A stretch of DNA of 64,000 nucleotides from Pseudomonadota bacterium (GTDB lineage: Bacteria > Pseudomonadota > Alphaproteobacteria > Rhizobiales > CBDHHC01), in assembly GCA_039033475.1 (NCBI GenBank), contig JBCCCO010000003.1, positions 724-64,723 on the forward strand, given 5' to 3'. Below, in pieces: positions 1 through 9,258 of this stretch. How positions within the stretch are numbered: position 1 is the stretch's first letter; each line of letters opens with the position of its first letter. The notes under the pieces are model-generated. The model was not told where the DNA came from, did not search any database, and saw only the letters and a list, made by a program, of their open reading frames with translations. The position numbers and the translations under genes are program-made.

Positions 1-83
1 GCGTGGAATCTGCCTGCAGCTTTGAGCAGCAAGGAGTGTAGTACCAAACTGCGAAGTTTCCCGGCTCTTTCTCAGAGGCTGAA

Positions 84-314
84 TTGACTAAAGAAGCCGC
101 AGCAGCAGCGGTTGATGCCACTTTAGAAAGCATTGTAGATGCTCTTAAGGGGGGAGATTCTGTCCGTCTCGTTGGATTTGGCAACTTCGAAGTTGCAGAA
201 CGTAAAGCAAGTAACGGACGCAATCCACGTACGGGAGAGCCTTTAAAAATACCAGCATCACGCGTTCCAAAATTCAAAGCTGGTAAAGCTTTTAAAGAAG
301 CAGTCAACGGCTAG
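84..314 (+). CDS. HU-family nucleoid DNA-binding protein, short 76-aa form
   Basis: Translation ...[50 protein letters not shown] matches the HU beta-arm and C-terminus. TTG start with GAGG 5 nt upstream. An in-frame TAG at 39-41 blocks a longer N-terminus. Confidence 0.75.
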   Translation: MTKEAAAAAVDATLESIVDALKGGDSVRLVGFGNFEVAERKASNGRNPRTGEPLKIPASRVPKFKAGKAFKEAVNG

Positions 315-345
315 ATTGATTTACGTCTAGTTTAAGGTCGCATTC

Positions 346-387
346 AAGCCTTTCATGATCCTTAACAAGATCTGAAAGGCTTTTTTG
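346..387 (+). terminator. Rho-independent terminator after the HU gene
   Basis: AAGCCTTTCA (346-355) pairs perfectly with TGAAAGGCTT (373-382). An inner GATC/GATC pair extends the stem, and TTTTTT follows. Confidence 0.65.
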
Positions 388-533
388 TATCTCATCCCCT
401 TTCTGTCCTTTTATCATTCTATAAACAGTAGCTAGGCAATTTCTAACTGAAGTAGGCAAAAGGTGCCGGAAAAGATCTCCGCATTGACATGAAGAAATCG
501 CCTAATATATTGAAATTATTGAATAAATTATAT

Positions 534-549
534 TGGCATTGAGCTTGCT
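534..549 (+). promoter_or_regulatory. sigma54 (-24/-12) promoter of the flgE-flgK-flgL unit
   Basis: TGGCATTGAGCTTGCT fits TGGCAC-N5-TTGCW with exact GG-N10-GC spacing. It lies about 55 nt upstream of the flgE ATG. Confidence 0.6.
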
Positions 550-603
550 ACTCATATGAACAGTTTATAGCAATTGTTCTGTAAGATGTAGGAGTTTAGT
601 GAA

Positions 604-2031
604 ATGGGTATTTTTGGTGCTTTAACAACAGCCATTACAGGCTTGCGCACTCAGTCCACTGCCTTAGAGCATATCTCAAATAACATTGCCAACTCACAGA
701 CCGTCGGTTTCAAGCGAACAGATACATCATTCAGTGAGCTCGTGCCTGATAGTGCGCCTCGAGAACAAGCCCCTGGCGTTGTGCAAGCCTTCTCACGGGC
801 GACCAACACTGTTCAGGGCGATGTATCAAACAGTGATATCAGCACTTTTGTGGCGATTAATGGTGATGGCTATTTTATTGTTGGCGAGCAAACAGGAACA
901 GCAGATGGTAATCCTGTTTTTAGCTCGGAAGATCTTTATACGCGCCGGGGTGACTTTGAAATTGACCGCTTTGGTAATCTTAAAAATGGCGCCGGTTATT
1001 TTTTAAAAGGCTTATCCATTAATACTGAAACAGGGAACATTGCTGGTAGCGTTCCTGAAATTGTTACCATCTCCAATGATTTTCTTGCCGCTCGAGCAAC
1101 AACAGAAGTTGACTATCGCGTAAATCTTCCAAGCTTCCCATTGACATCAAATCAGAGTGATAGCGTTGATTTTAGTGAATTGTTAAACAGAGGCACAACA
1201 GGTGCTGTTGATGGAACTATTTTTAATAATGACCCAAGAGCTTCAGGTGACGGTCTAGTACAGGGGCAAGATTCTGACGCATTTATAAGCCGCTCTATTG
1301 CAGGTGGTGCTATTACCACATTCGATGGAGCGGGCCAAGGTTTGAATGTCCAGTTTCGTTGGGCAAAAATTGACAGCAGCCTCAATACGGTGTCCGAAGG
1401 TACACCGCCATCCACAACACACAATGATGTTTGGAATTTGTTTTATCTGGTTGATGGTAGTGCCACAGGTACAGCCACAGCTTGGAATAACGTTGGAACT
1501 GATTATACTTTTGGCACGAATGGATTGTTAAATCCAGATATCACCTCTGTTGCCGGTCTCACGCTAACTCTACCAGGAGGCACCCTTACCGGAATAACAA
1601 TTGATCACGGGTCACTAGGCATAACACAATTTGCGGATGCCAATGGAACCTCAACTGTTAATACGATCAATCAAGATGGATACAGCGCTGGAGAATTATC
1701 GGCTGTTTCTATCACGGATGATGGAGAAGTAAATGTATCTTATTCCAATGGCGAGTCTGTTAACATTGCGCAGATAACACTGGCAACATTTAACAGTGAT
1801 GCTGATCTACAAAAATTGGATGGAGGGTCATTCCGAGCAACCCAAGAATCTGGAGAGCCTATTTTGAGTGGTGCGGGTGCTGTTGTGGGCCGGGCCTTGG
1901 AAGCTTCTAACACAGATATTGCAGATGAGTTTACCAAACTTATTGTGACCCAGCAGGCCTATTCAGCCAACACGCGAATTATCACAACAGCAGATGAAAT
2001 TTTACAAGAGGCCTTAAATATCATCCGATAG
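604..2031 (+). CDS. flgE: flagellar hook protein FlgE
   Basis: N-terminus GLRTQSTALEHISNNIANSQTVGFKR and C-terminus LEASNTDIADEFTKLIVTQQAYSANTRIITTADEILQEALNIIR are typical hook/rod-family termini. Gene order is flgE-flgK-flgL. Confidence 0.9.
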   Translation: MGIFGALTTAITGLRTQSTALEHISNNIANSQTVGFKRTDTSFSELVPDSAPREQAPGVVQAFSRATNTVQGDVSNSDISTFVAINGDGYFIVGEQTGTADGNPVFSSEDLYTRRGDFEIDRFGNLKNGAGYFLKGLSINTETGNIAGSVPEIVTISNDFLAARATTEVDYRVNLPSFPLTSNQSDSVDFSELLNRGTTGAVDGTIFNNDPRASGDGLVQGQDSDAFISRSIAGGAITTFDGAGQGLNVQFRWAKIDSSLNTVSEGTPPSTTHNDVWNLFYLVDGSATGTATAWNNVGTDYTFGTNGLLNPDITSVAGLTLTLPGGTLTGITIDHGSLGITQFADANGTSTVNTINQDGYSAGELSAVSITDDGEVNVSYSNGESVNIAQITLATFNSDADLQKLDGGSFRATQESGEPILSGAGAVVGRALEASNTDIADEFTKLIVTQQAYSANTRIITTADEILQEALNIIR

Positions 2032-2077
2032 TCTTTTTGTTACTTAAGAAAATGCTATTAAAGAGTAGAGTTAAAAT

Positions 2078-3937
2078 ATGGGTATAACACAAGCTTTAAA
2101 TACAGCTGTTACAGGACTAAACGTTGCTGAGACGGGTATTGAGCTCATCGCTCGCAACCTTGCAAACGCAGAAACACCTGGCTATACTCGCAAGACACTC
2201 TCACAAAGTGTTGCATTGCGAGGATCTGAAGCAACAGGTGTTACTGTTGATGCAATCCTACGTGATGTCGATAGTTTTTTGCAAACTCAAGTGCGCAATT
2301 CCAACTCTGTGCTTTCCGGCTTGGAAGTGAAAGAGCAGTTCTTAACACGTGTCGATCAATTGTTTGGTACGCCCGGAAACAGCAATGCACTTGACACTAT
2401 TTTTAATGACTTTTCCGCATCTTTGCAGACCCTCATCACTGCTCCAGAAGATACCGTGCGACGAGAAGATCTCATTGGCAAAGCACAAACTTTAAGTCAA
2501 CAGTTGAGAACTCTCACCGAAGGCGTGCAAGATTTAAGACAACTGGCAGAGGATTCTCTATTTTCCGCTGTCAATGATTTGAACGATTCACTAAATCAAC
2601 TTGATGAATTGAATGATCAACTCGCAGCAGAAGCAAATAGCCCGCCAGATCTGTTGGATCAGAGAGATCGGTTTATTGGTGAGATAGGTCAGTATCTGGA
2701 GATAACGACACAAATTGACTCTTTAGGCCGTGCAACAGTTTTTACCAAAACAGGAGAATCTCTATTACAAGCCTCTCCAACGGTCTTAGAATTTGATCAA
2801 AAGGGGGATATTAACGCCACTGCTCTTTATAGTACAACTGATGCTGACCGAGGAGTTGGAACAATCGTTCTGCGAACAGCATCAGGCTTAACAATAGATT
2901 TATTAGCAAGCGACAGTTTAGACAGTGGCCGCATTGGTGAGCTCGTCAATTTACGTGATACCGTTCTGGTTGAAACCCAAGCACAACTCGATGAAATTGC
3001 ACATTCATTAGCATTAACTTTTTCAAATAAGTCTGTTACGAGCACAGCTGCTGTTGTTGGAGCTCAAACAGGATTTGATATTGATCTTACGGGGATACAA
3101 TCTGGTGATGTTATCAGTTTAACTGCAACAGTGAATGCTGGACCAACAACTACAAACTATTCCATTATTCGAGTTGATGATGCAACACAGCTTCCGCTTT
3201 CTAATGATGTGACGCCCGATCCTAATGATGTTGTTATTGGTGTAAGCTTTGCAGCAGGTGTTGGCGGAGCTGCAACCACATTAAATACGGCTTTAGGAAC
3301 AAGCATTACGGTTAGCAATCCAAGTGGAAACGTTTTACGCATTATTGATGATGGTGCAACGAATGCAACAGATATTGATGCACTTTCAGCCGTATTAACA
3401 ACGACGGCAACTCAGGATGATGGAACCCAAGTGCCACTGTTCACAGATGTAACAAGCTTGGCTTTGCCATATTCAAATAGCCTGGATGGAGGCTCTCAAA
3501 AACTTGGATTTGCTGGAAGAATTGAAGTCAACCCAAATATTGTGAACGATAATGAATTACTAGTTCGCAGCACAGCAACATCTTCCATTGGTGATCCAGA
3601 TAGACCAGCAGAACTTTATCAACGTCTGTCCGAGAACTTATTTACATTTTCACCAAGTTCTGGAATTGGTCAAACAGATGGTCCTGTTTCTACAACGATT
3701 GCCGAGTTCACCCAGCGTGTTGTTAATCTTCAAACATCACAAGCCGAAATAGCTCAACGAGAGTTTCAAAGTCAGTCATTGGTAACCTCCTCATTAAATG
3801 ATAGATACTCACAGTCAGTATCTGTTGATGTAAATCAAGAGCTAACTCTTTTGATTACACTGCAAAATTCATTTTCAGCAAATGCACGCGTCATTACCGT
3901 TGCATCTGAATTGTTAGATACCCTGTTAAGGGCATGA
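2078..3937 (+). CDS. flgK: flagellar hook-associated protein 1 FlgK
   Basis: N-terminus MGITQALNTAVTGLNVAETGIELIARNLANAETPGYTRK and C-terminus LITLQNSFSANARVITVASELLDTLL fit FlgK. It follows flgE. Confidence 0.9.
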   Translation: MGITQALNTAVTGLNVAETGIELIARNLANAETPGYTRKTLSQSVALRGSEATGVTVDAILRDVDSFLQTQVRNSNSVLSGLEVKEQFLTRVDQLFGTPGNSNALDTIFNDFSASLQTLITAPEDTVRREDLIGKAQTLSQQLRTLTEGVQDLRQLAEDSLFSAVNDLNDSLNQLDELNDQLAAEANSPPDLLDQRDRFIGEIGQYLEITTQIDSLGRATVFTKTGESLLQASPTVLEFDQKGDINATALYSTTDADRGVGTIVLRTASGLTIDLLASDSLDSGRIGELVNLRDTVLVETQAQLDEIAHSLALTFSNKSVTSTAAVVGAQTGFDIDLTGIQSGDVISLTATVNAGPTTTNYSIIRVDDATQLPLSNDVTPDPNDVVIGVSFAAGVGGAATTLNTALGTSITVSNPSGNVLRIIDDGATNATDIDALSAVLTTTATQDDGTQVPLFTDVTSLALPYSNSLDGGSQKLGFAGRIEVNPNIVNDNELLVRSTATSSIGDPDRPAELYQRLSENLFTFSPSSGIGQTDGPVSTTIAEFTQRVVNLQTSQAEIAQREFQSQSLVTSSLNDRYSQSVSVDVNQELTLLITLQNSFSANARVITVASELLDTLLRA

Positions 3938-3969
3938 TATTAAAATCAAGGAAGAGTAGAGAGTAAGCT

Positions 3970-5472
3970 ATGGGATTGCCACCTTTAAATTCAACATTTA
4001 ATTTAGATCGTTCCGTTCTTCAAGTTCAACAATCTTTAGATGATTTGCAAAGGCAACTTGCAACGGGGAAAAAATCCGTCACATATGGTGGGCTGAGCAA
4101 CGAACGAACATTGAATCTATCCTTCCGTGGTGAATTGGCTGAAATAGAAGGATATATTTCATCCGTTGATAATGTTCAAATTCGAGTAGATGTTACCACA
4201 ACAGTCTTAAGCCGCATCAGAGACATTGCAGCTGATACCAAATCTGATGCGTTGGGTAATGTTTATGATCCACAATCCGGCGATCAAACAAGCTTTCAAG
4301 CCTCGGCAAATGCACATTTTGCTGAAACTATTTCATTATTGAATACCCGCGTTGGAGAGCGTTATATCTTTAGTGGAAGATCAACAGATCAGCCTTCTTC
4401 CGTCACGCCTGATGGCATTCTGAACGGGTCAAATGGCGCTGCTGGGTTTGAACAAATTGCAACAGAGCGAAGGCAAGCCGACTTAGGTGCAGATAATCGT
4501 GGACGTTTGGCTATACCCGTGCCAGGCGCTGCTATCGTTACAGTGACAGAAGATAACGCAACAAGCCCTTTCGGGTTTAAGCTGAATTCCCAATCATCAA
4601 GTTTAACGGGAACCACAGTGGCAGGGCCAGCTGGATCTCCAGAAGCAATTTCTGCGACTTTTAGCGCAACTTTGCCGAATGATGGAGAAAGCGTAACGCT
4701 AAATTTTGACCTTCCTGATGGTACAAGTACAAGCCTTGAATTGGTCGCCACAACAGGAACACCACAAAATAGTAATGAATTCCAGATTGGGGCTGATGCC
4801 AATACAACGGCAACAAATTTTCAAGCAGTCCTTGATACGCAAATACAAACTCTTGCAGATACAGAGTTAAGAGCAGCCTCTCTTCACGCTGCGGCAAGTG
4901 ATTTTTTTGATTATGATGATACAACGCCTCCACAACGGGTGAATGGCACGCCAGCAACCGCAACGTCATTAACTAATGGCACAACAACAGATACCGTTTT
5001 TTGGTATCAAGGTGAGCTTTCATCAACCTCTGCACGAGATAGCGCGTTGGCGCGTGTTGATACAACGATAACGGTAAGCCACGGTGTTCGGGCAAATGAA
5101 GAGGCCTTTAGAACAACAATCAAGAACTTAGCAGTTCTAGCTGTCGAAACATACCCAGAAACAGATTCTAATGCTTTAGAGCGGTATCGTCAGGTCACCG
5201 ACCGAGCAAATATTAACTTAAGCTTTGGTGGAAATACACAATCCGTTGATAATATTACAGCTGAATTTGCAGTCATAGAATCTACAATATCAAATGCTAA
5301 ACAGCGTCATGAAGATAACTCAAATTTGCTCAGGGGTTTTGTTGATGAAATTGAAGTCGCAGATATATATGAGGTGGGTGCAGAAATTTTATCCTTACAA
5401 AACCGTTTGCAAGCAACCCTTCAGGTCACAGCTACACTGGGCAGCATTTCACTTATCAACTTTATCAACTAA
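3970..5472 (+). CDS. flgL: flagellar hook-associated protein 3 FlgL (long, 500 aa)
   Basis: Flagellin-like N helix (LQVQQSLDDLQRQLATGKK) and C-terminus (AEILSLQNRLQATLQVTATLGSISLINFI). It sits directly after flgK. Confidence 0.8.
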   Translation: MGLPPLNSTFNLDRSVLQVQQSLDDLQRQLATGKKSVTYGGLSNERTLNLSFRGELAEIEGYISSVDNVQIRVDVTTTVLSRIRDIAADTKSDALGNVYDPQSGDQTSFQASANAHFAETISLLNTRVGERYIFSGRSTDQPSSVTPDGILNGSNGAAGFEQIATERRQADLGADNRGRLAIPVPGAAIVTVTEDNATSPFGFKLNSQSSSLTGTTVAGPAGSPEAISATFSATLPNDGESVTLNFDLPDGTSTSLELVATTGTPQNSNEFQIGADANTTATNFQAVLDTQIQTLADTELRAASLHAAASDFFDYDDTTPPQRVNGTPATATSLTNGTTTDTVFWYQGELSSTSARDSALARVDTTITVSHGVRANEEAFRTTIKNLAVLAVETYPETDSNALERYRQVTDRANINLSFGGNTQSVDNITAEFAVIESTISNAKQRHEDNSNLLRGFVDEIEVADIYEVGAEILSLQNRLQATLQVTATLGSISLINFIN

Positions 5473-5843
5473 GCTTCTTGTGTTTTGGCAGTTAAACCAG
5501 CAGCAATTTCTTTATTGATATTGATAAGAGCTGTGAGTTTTTCTGCATCAGGCTTGATTTGTATCTCAAGAGTGCGTTTCATAATAAACACGCCTAGATT
5601 AGCGATATTATTTTTGATCTCCATAGGCAGTTGATTGTCTTCTTCCACCATCGCACTTGCTAAAATTGTCCAGAGGCGGCGGTTATAAAGTATAGCCTCA
5701 AAAACATCTTTTTGTGTCTCATCCCAATTATCTCTAACAGCTTGGAGTTTTGCAGCAGCTTTTAACAACAATGAGGCTTCTAATTCTCTAGGATCCTGGG
5801 TAACTTTGGTATTTTGACTATAGGCCTGTAACGCATCATGCAT
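5469..5843 (-). CDS. flaF: flagellin synthesis regulator FlaF
   Basis: MHDALQAYSQNTKVTQDPRELEASLLLKAAAKLQ... fits the FlaF family. It overlaps the flbT stop, and alphaproteobacterial flbT-flaF pairing is established. Confidence 0.85.
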   Translation of the reverse strand: MHDALQAYSQNTKVTQDPRELEASLLLKAAAKLQAVRDNWDETQKDVFEAILYNRRLWTILASAMVEEDNQLPMEIKNNIANLGVFIMKRTLEIQIKPDAEKLTALININKEIAAGLTAKTQEA

Positions 5844-6222
5844 TCTGCATCAACTCCTTCTCATACTTAATAAGAGCCTTGGTTTCCTTTAAAGCTTTAT
5901 AATAAGAACCTGTTAAAATCTGATTACTAAGCCGCTCAATGTAAGACGTTGTTGAAGGAGCTGCGACCACTACATCTTTGATCAACTCAAAAAAATGATC
6001 GTGAAATTCTGCTGGGTCAGGTGAAAGGTACATCATTTGAACAACCAAATATATCTTCTCACACGGCGTTTTGGCGTCTTCAGATCGCAAAATATCGGGC
6101 TCTCTCAATATCGCTGCATCGCCTTCAATTTTCAGTTTGGTGCGGCTCTGACCATCATTGGTGATCACAGAGCTACCGATAATAATGCGTTCTTTAGGTT
6201 TAAGTTCAATCTTAAGTGCCAT
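5836..6222 (-). CDS. flbT: flagellin translational repressor FlbT
   Basis: MALKIELKPKERIIIGSSVITNDG...ILREPDIL...KIYLVVQMMYL matches the FlbT family pattern. It lies immediately downstream of the flagellin array. Confidence 0.85.
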   Translation of the reverse strand: MALKIELKPKERIIIGSSVITNDGQSRTKLKIEGDAAILREPDILRSEDAKTPCEKIYLVVQMMYLSPDPAEFHDHFFELIKDVVVAAPSTTSYIERLSNQILTGSYYKALKETKALIKYEKELMQNA

Positions 6223-6322
6223 GTTTATATCTCTGAAATATTTAACTTATCATAAGAAAATAAAGTGAAGTTTAACGTGGGTTTTAACCTGATTACAACT
6301 TGGCTTATCTTTGTTTTAAGGA

Positions 6323-7612
6323 TTAGCTAAACAATCTTAAAACATTCTGATCAGACTGTGATGCGAGAGATAAAGCCGTTGATGAAAGCTGTTGGCTCGT
6401 TTGCAATGCAAGCAGATTAGCGCCTTCTTCATTAGCATCAGCGATGACAAGGTTGCCTGCACCAGATTCCAGAACATTAATAAGATTTTTGGTAAAATCT
6501 TGCCGTGTTTCGACAACAGAAATGTTATTACCAAAAGATGAGGCTTGTGAGCGTAAAGTCAGAGAAGATGCTCTTAGTTCTGTAATCGCGGCATTAATAT
6601 CAACATTGGTTTGAAAGCTGTTATCAGCGGTCGTAATGCCAAGCCCTGATGAATTAAAAGTCACACCAGAAATTCCAAGAGATGATGTGCCGTCTTCATT
6701 AAATGTAACTGTTAGAGAATCGCCATCCAACAAATTCACGCCGTTAAATCCGGCATCTTTGGACAGCTGGTCAATTTGCGTGCGAAGTTCATCAAATTGT
6801 GTGGAAAAACTTGTGCGATCTGTATTAAGAGAACCTGCTGCTATCGTTGTGACAACTTTTGCTTCTGCACCAGCCGTACCAGCGGTAATGGTTGCATTAC
6901 TGGAATTTAAACCTAGCAGGGCAACAGCATCAGTAAAAGCCGTATCTGCACCGTTAGCATCATTATTTATCTCAACAGTAATAGCCTGAGCTGTTGTGCT
7001 TTCAAGTTTGAGTTTACCATCCAGGGTTAGTGAAGCTCTGACATTTGCTCCACTCGTCCCCCCAACAGTTACGGTACCTCTGGTTGAGAGATTATCAACT
7101 GCTGCGCCTTGCCCTGTGTTGTCATTAATAGCTGTAATAAGATCCTGAACTGTTCCAGTTGCTTTGAAGTTAATTGTTGTCGCTACATTTGTTGTTGATG
7201 TAATGACAATATCAAAGTCAGCAGCAAGGTCTCCATCAAGACCATTAAAAGTATCTGTTAAATTAAGAGCGGTAGTGTTATTTCCGGTAAACTCAGATGT
7301 GCTGCTGGCTGTTTGTATCGCTTGCCGGGCTGTTGCTTCTGCTGTTTCCACAAGATTTGTAATCGCTTCAATACCTTCATCTGCAGCGCGTAATGTTTGC
7401 ACAGCATTGCCAACAAAATCCTGCAATCTGTTCAAGTCGCTTGCCCGTGCATTTAACGATGATGCTGTAAAAAACGCGGTTGGATCATCCAGCGCGCTGT
7501 TTACTTTTAAACCTGTTGCCAATCTCTCCTGCGTAAGCCCAAGTAAATCAGCAGTATTTTGCAGTGCTAAAAGATTAGATCTAACAGCTGAAGACAATGT
7601 AATATCAGACAT
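6323..7612 (-). CDS. flagellin paralog 1 (429 aa)
   Basis: Conserved flagellin N domain (MSDITLSSAVRSNLLALQNT...LATGLKVNSALDDPTAFF) and C domain (...LALQTSQQLSSTALSLASQSDQNVLRLFS). The central domain is variable. Confidence 0.95.
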   Translation of the reverse strand: MSDITLSSAVRSNLLALQNTADLLGLTQERLATGLKVNSALDDPTAFFTASSLNARASDLNRLQDFVGNAVQTLRAADEGIEAITNLVETAEATARQAIQTASSTSEFTGNNTTALNLTDTFNGLDGDLAADFDIVITSTTNVATTINFKATGTVQDLITAINDNTGQGAAVDNLSTRGTVTVGGTSGANVRASLTLDGKLKLESTTAQAITVEINNDANGADTAFTDAVALLGLNSSNATITAGTAGAEAKVVTTIAAGSLNTDRTSFSTQFDELRTQIDQLSKDAGFNGVNLLDGDSLTVTFNEDGTSSLGISGVTFNSSGLGITTADNSFQTNVDINAAITELRASSLTLRSQASSFGNNISVVETRQDFTKNLINVLESGAGNLVIADANEEGANLLALQTSQQLSSTALSLASQSDQNVLRLFS

Positions 7613-7679
7613 CAGTAAGCCTTAATAAAATGAAAATAGTATTTTTAACTGTATTATTTTAATACTATTCACAATATGC

Positions 7680-7694
7680 CTAATAGCTCGTTAA
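7680..7694 (-). promoter_or_regulatory. CtrA-type box TTAA-N7-TTAG upstream of flagellin 1
   Basis: The minus strand reads TTAACGAGCTATTAG, 68-82 nt upstream of the ATG at 7612. The other four flagellin genes and fliX carry the box at about the same offset. Confidence 0.5.
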
Positions 7695-7962
7695 TGCTGT
7701 TTCATTTTATAACGAGACGTCATGTTTGAAATAGATTGTGGTTTTTGAAATACAAAAAGGTAAGCTATAAACAGCGAAAAATGGCAGAACTAGAGCCCTG
7801 CCAGGTGGGTGTTTAGTTTGGAGAGTCTATTTTATTGCGTCTTTTCCGCATAGATCAGCCGTGCTTTAAAGTTGGGCGCTTTAAAGGTAGAGCAATGATC
7901 ATTCATAAGGCGCTAAAGCACTGCACGAGCGTCAACAAATACAATGCTTTAAGTCTTAAGTT

Positions 7963-9126
7963 TTAGAAGAGACGGAGAACGTTCTGGTCAGCCTGGGAGG
8001 CGAGTGACAGAGCGGTTGAAGAAAGCTGCTGTCTTGTCTGCAAGGCAAGCAAGTTAGCCCCTTCTTCGTTGGTATCTGCAAGGGTAAGATTAGCAGCACC
8101 GGTTTCAAGAACGTTAATCAGATTTTTGGTGAAATCCTGACGTGTTTCCACAACAGAGAGATTGTTACCAAAAGTAGAAGACTGTGACCGAAGCGTATTC
8201 GTAGCAGCGGTCAACTCAGTAATGGCAGCATTAACATCAAAATCTGTTTGGAATGTATTGTCTGCTGTTGTAATCCCAAGACCCGCAGCATCAAATGTCA
8301 CACCGGAAATTCCGAGAGAGGATGTACTATCCTCATTAAATGTCACTGTGAGTGAGTCACCATTTAGAAGATTTACACCGTTAAAGCTGGCATCAGCGGC
8401 TAACTGGTCAATTTGCGTACGTAAATCGTCAAACTGAGTGGCAAAGCTAGAGCGATCAGAACTTGCTGTTCCTGCTGTTGCAATGACGCCAGAACCAAGG
8501 TCCGTAACACCAAAGGCTGTGAAAATATCAACGTCAGTACCGGTATCTTCAGTAAAGGCTAAAGTTATAGATGTTGTGCCTGTTGATTCAAACTTTAGTG
8601 CGCCACCTGATAAACTTGCTCGGACATCCACACTATCAGTGTTGCCGTTAATAGCTGTCAAGAAATCATCTACTGTGTTACTTGCTGTTACGGTAAAGGT
8701 TGTTGTTTCCGAACCGTCACCAATGATAATCTCATCATTGTTTGCAATGCTGCTTGTACCAGCAAATACTGTTGAGGTTGTTAAATTTGTAACGGTTCCT
8801 GTCACACGTGCCGTTGTGCCTGATGATTGCAGGGCTTGCCGAGCTGTCGCTTCAGCGGCTTCCGCCAAATTTGTTAGAGCTTCAATACCTTCATCAGCCG
8901 CGCGAAGCGTTTGAACCGCATTACCCACAAAATCCTGAAGACGGTTCAAGTCACTTGCTCGTGCATTCAAAGAAGAGGCTGTGAAGAACGCTGTTGGATC
9001 ATCTAGCGCGCTGTTGACCTTAAGACCAGTAGCAAGCCTTTCTTGCGTTGAAGCTAGCAAATCGGCGGTGTCTTGAAGTGCCAGAAGGTTATTCCGTACA
9101 GAGCTTGAGAGAGTAATATCAGACAT
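7963..9126 (-). CDS. flagellin paralog 2 (387 aa)
   Basis: Same N and C flagellin domains as the other copies, with the shortest central domain. Confidence 0.95.
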   Translation of the reverse strand: MSDITLSSSVRNNLLALQDTADLLASTQERLATGLKVNSALDDPTAFFTASSLNARASDLNRLQDFVGNAVQTLRAADEGIEALTNLAEAAEATARQALQSSGTTARVTGTVTNLTTSTVFAGTSSIANNDEIIIGDGSETTTFTVTASNTVDDFLTAINGNTDSVDVRASLSGGALKFESTGTTSITLAFTEDTGTDVDIFTAFGVTDLGSGVIATAGTASSDRSSFATQFDDLRTQIDQLAADASFNGVNLLNGDSLTVTFNEDSTSSLGISGVTFDAAGLGITTADNTFQTDFDVNAAITELTAATNTLRSQSSTFGNNLSVVETRQDFTKNLINVLETGAANLTLADTNEEGANLLALQTRQQLSSTALSLASQADQNVLRLF

Positions 9127-9133
9127 AACTCAT

Positions 9134-9147
9134 ACCTTTCCTAAGGT
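9134..9147 (-). promoter_or_regulatory. 5' leader palindrome ACCTTAGGAAAGGT enclosing the SD of flagellin 2
   Basis: ACCTT/AAGGT can pair around the AGGA loop. The motif ends 7 nt before the ATG and is identical in paralogs 3 and 4. Confidence 0.5.
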
Positions 9148-9193
9148 TACTAAAAGCAGCTTTACTAAGCCTATTTTAAGTTCTCACAAAACT

Positions 9194-9209
9194 TTAAAAA
9201 TCAAGTTAA
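9194..9209 (-). promoter_or_regulatory. CtrA-type box variant upstream of flagellin 2
   Basis: The minus strand reads TTAACTTGATTTTTAA. That is TTAA-N7-TTTA, or TTAA-N8-TTAA, 68-83 nt upstream of the ATG. It is the weakest of the five boxes. Confidence 0.35.
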
Positions 9210-9251
9210 AGAAGACAAATAATATAATCCTAACTTATGATCTGTCTTCTT
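9209..9251 (-). terminator. candidate hairpin downstream of flagellin 3
   Basis: AAGAAGACA (9209-9217) is the exact complement of TGTCTTCTT (9243-9251). The loop is long (25 nt) and the T run is only distal, so this is a weak terminator. Confidence 0.3.
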
Positions 9252-9258
9252 ATATTTC

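Noticed and set aside
6272-6287. TTAAAACCCACGTTAA upstream of flbT as a CtrA box
   Set aside because: The spacer is 8 nt, and the site lies at -50 to -65, unlike the co-positioned boxes of the flagellins and fliX. flbT may simply be co-transcribed with flagellin 1.
7782-7797. Plus-strand sigma54-like motif TGGCAGAACTAGAGCC with correct GG-N10-GC spacing
   Set aside because: It points into the 3' end of flagellin 2 in the antisense direction. Its -12 element (GAGCC) lacks the TTGC core, and no plus-strand gene lies downstream.
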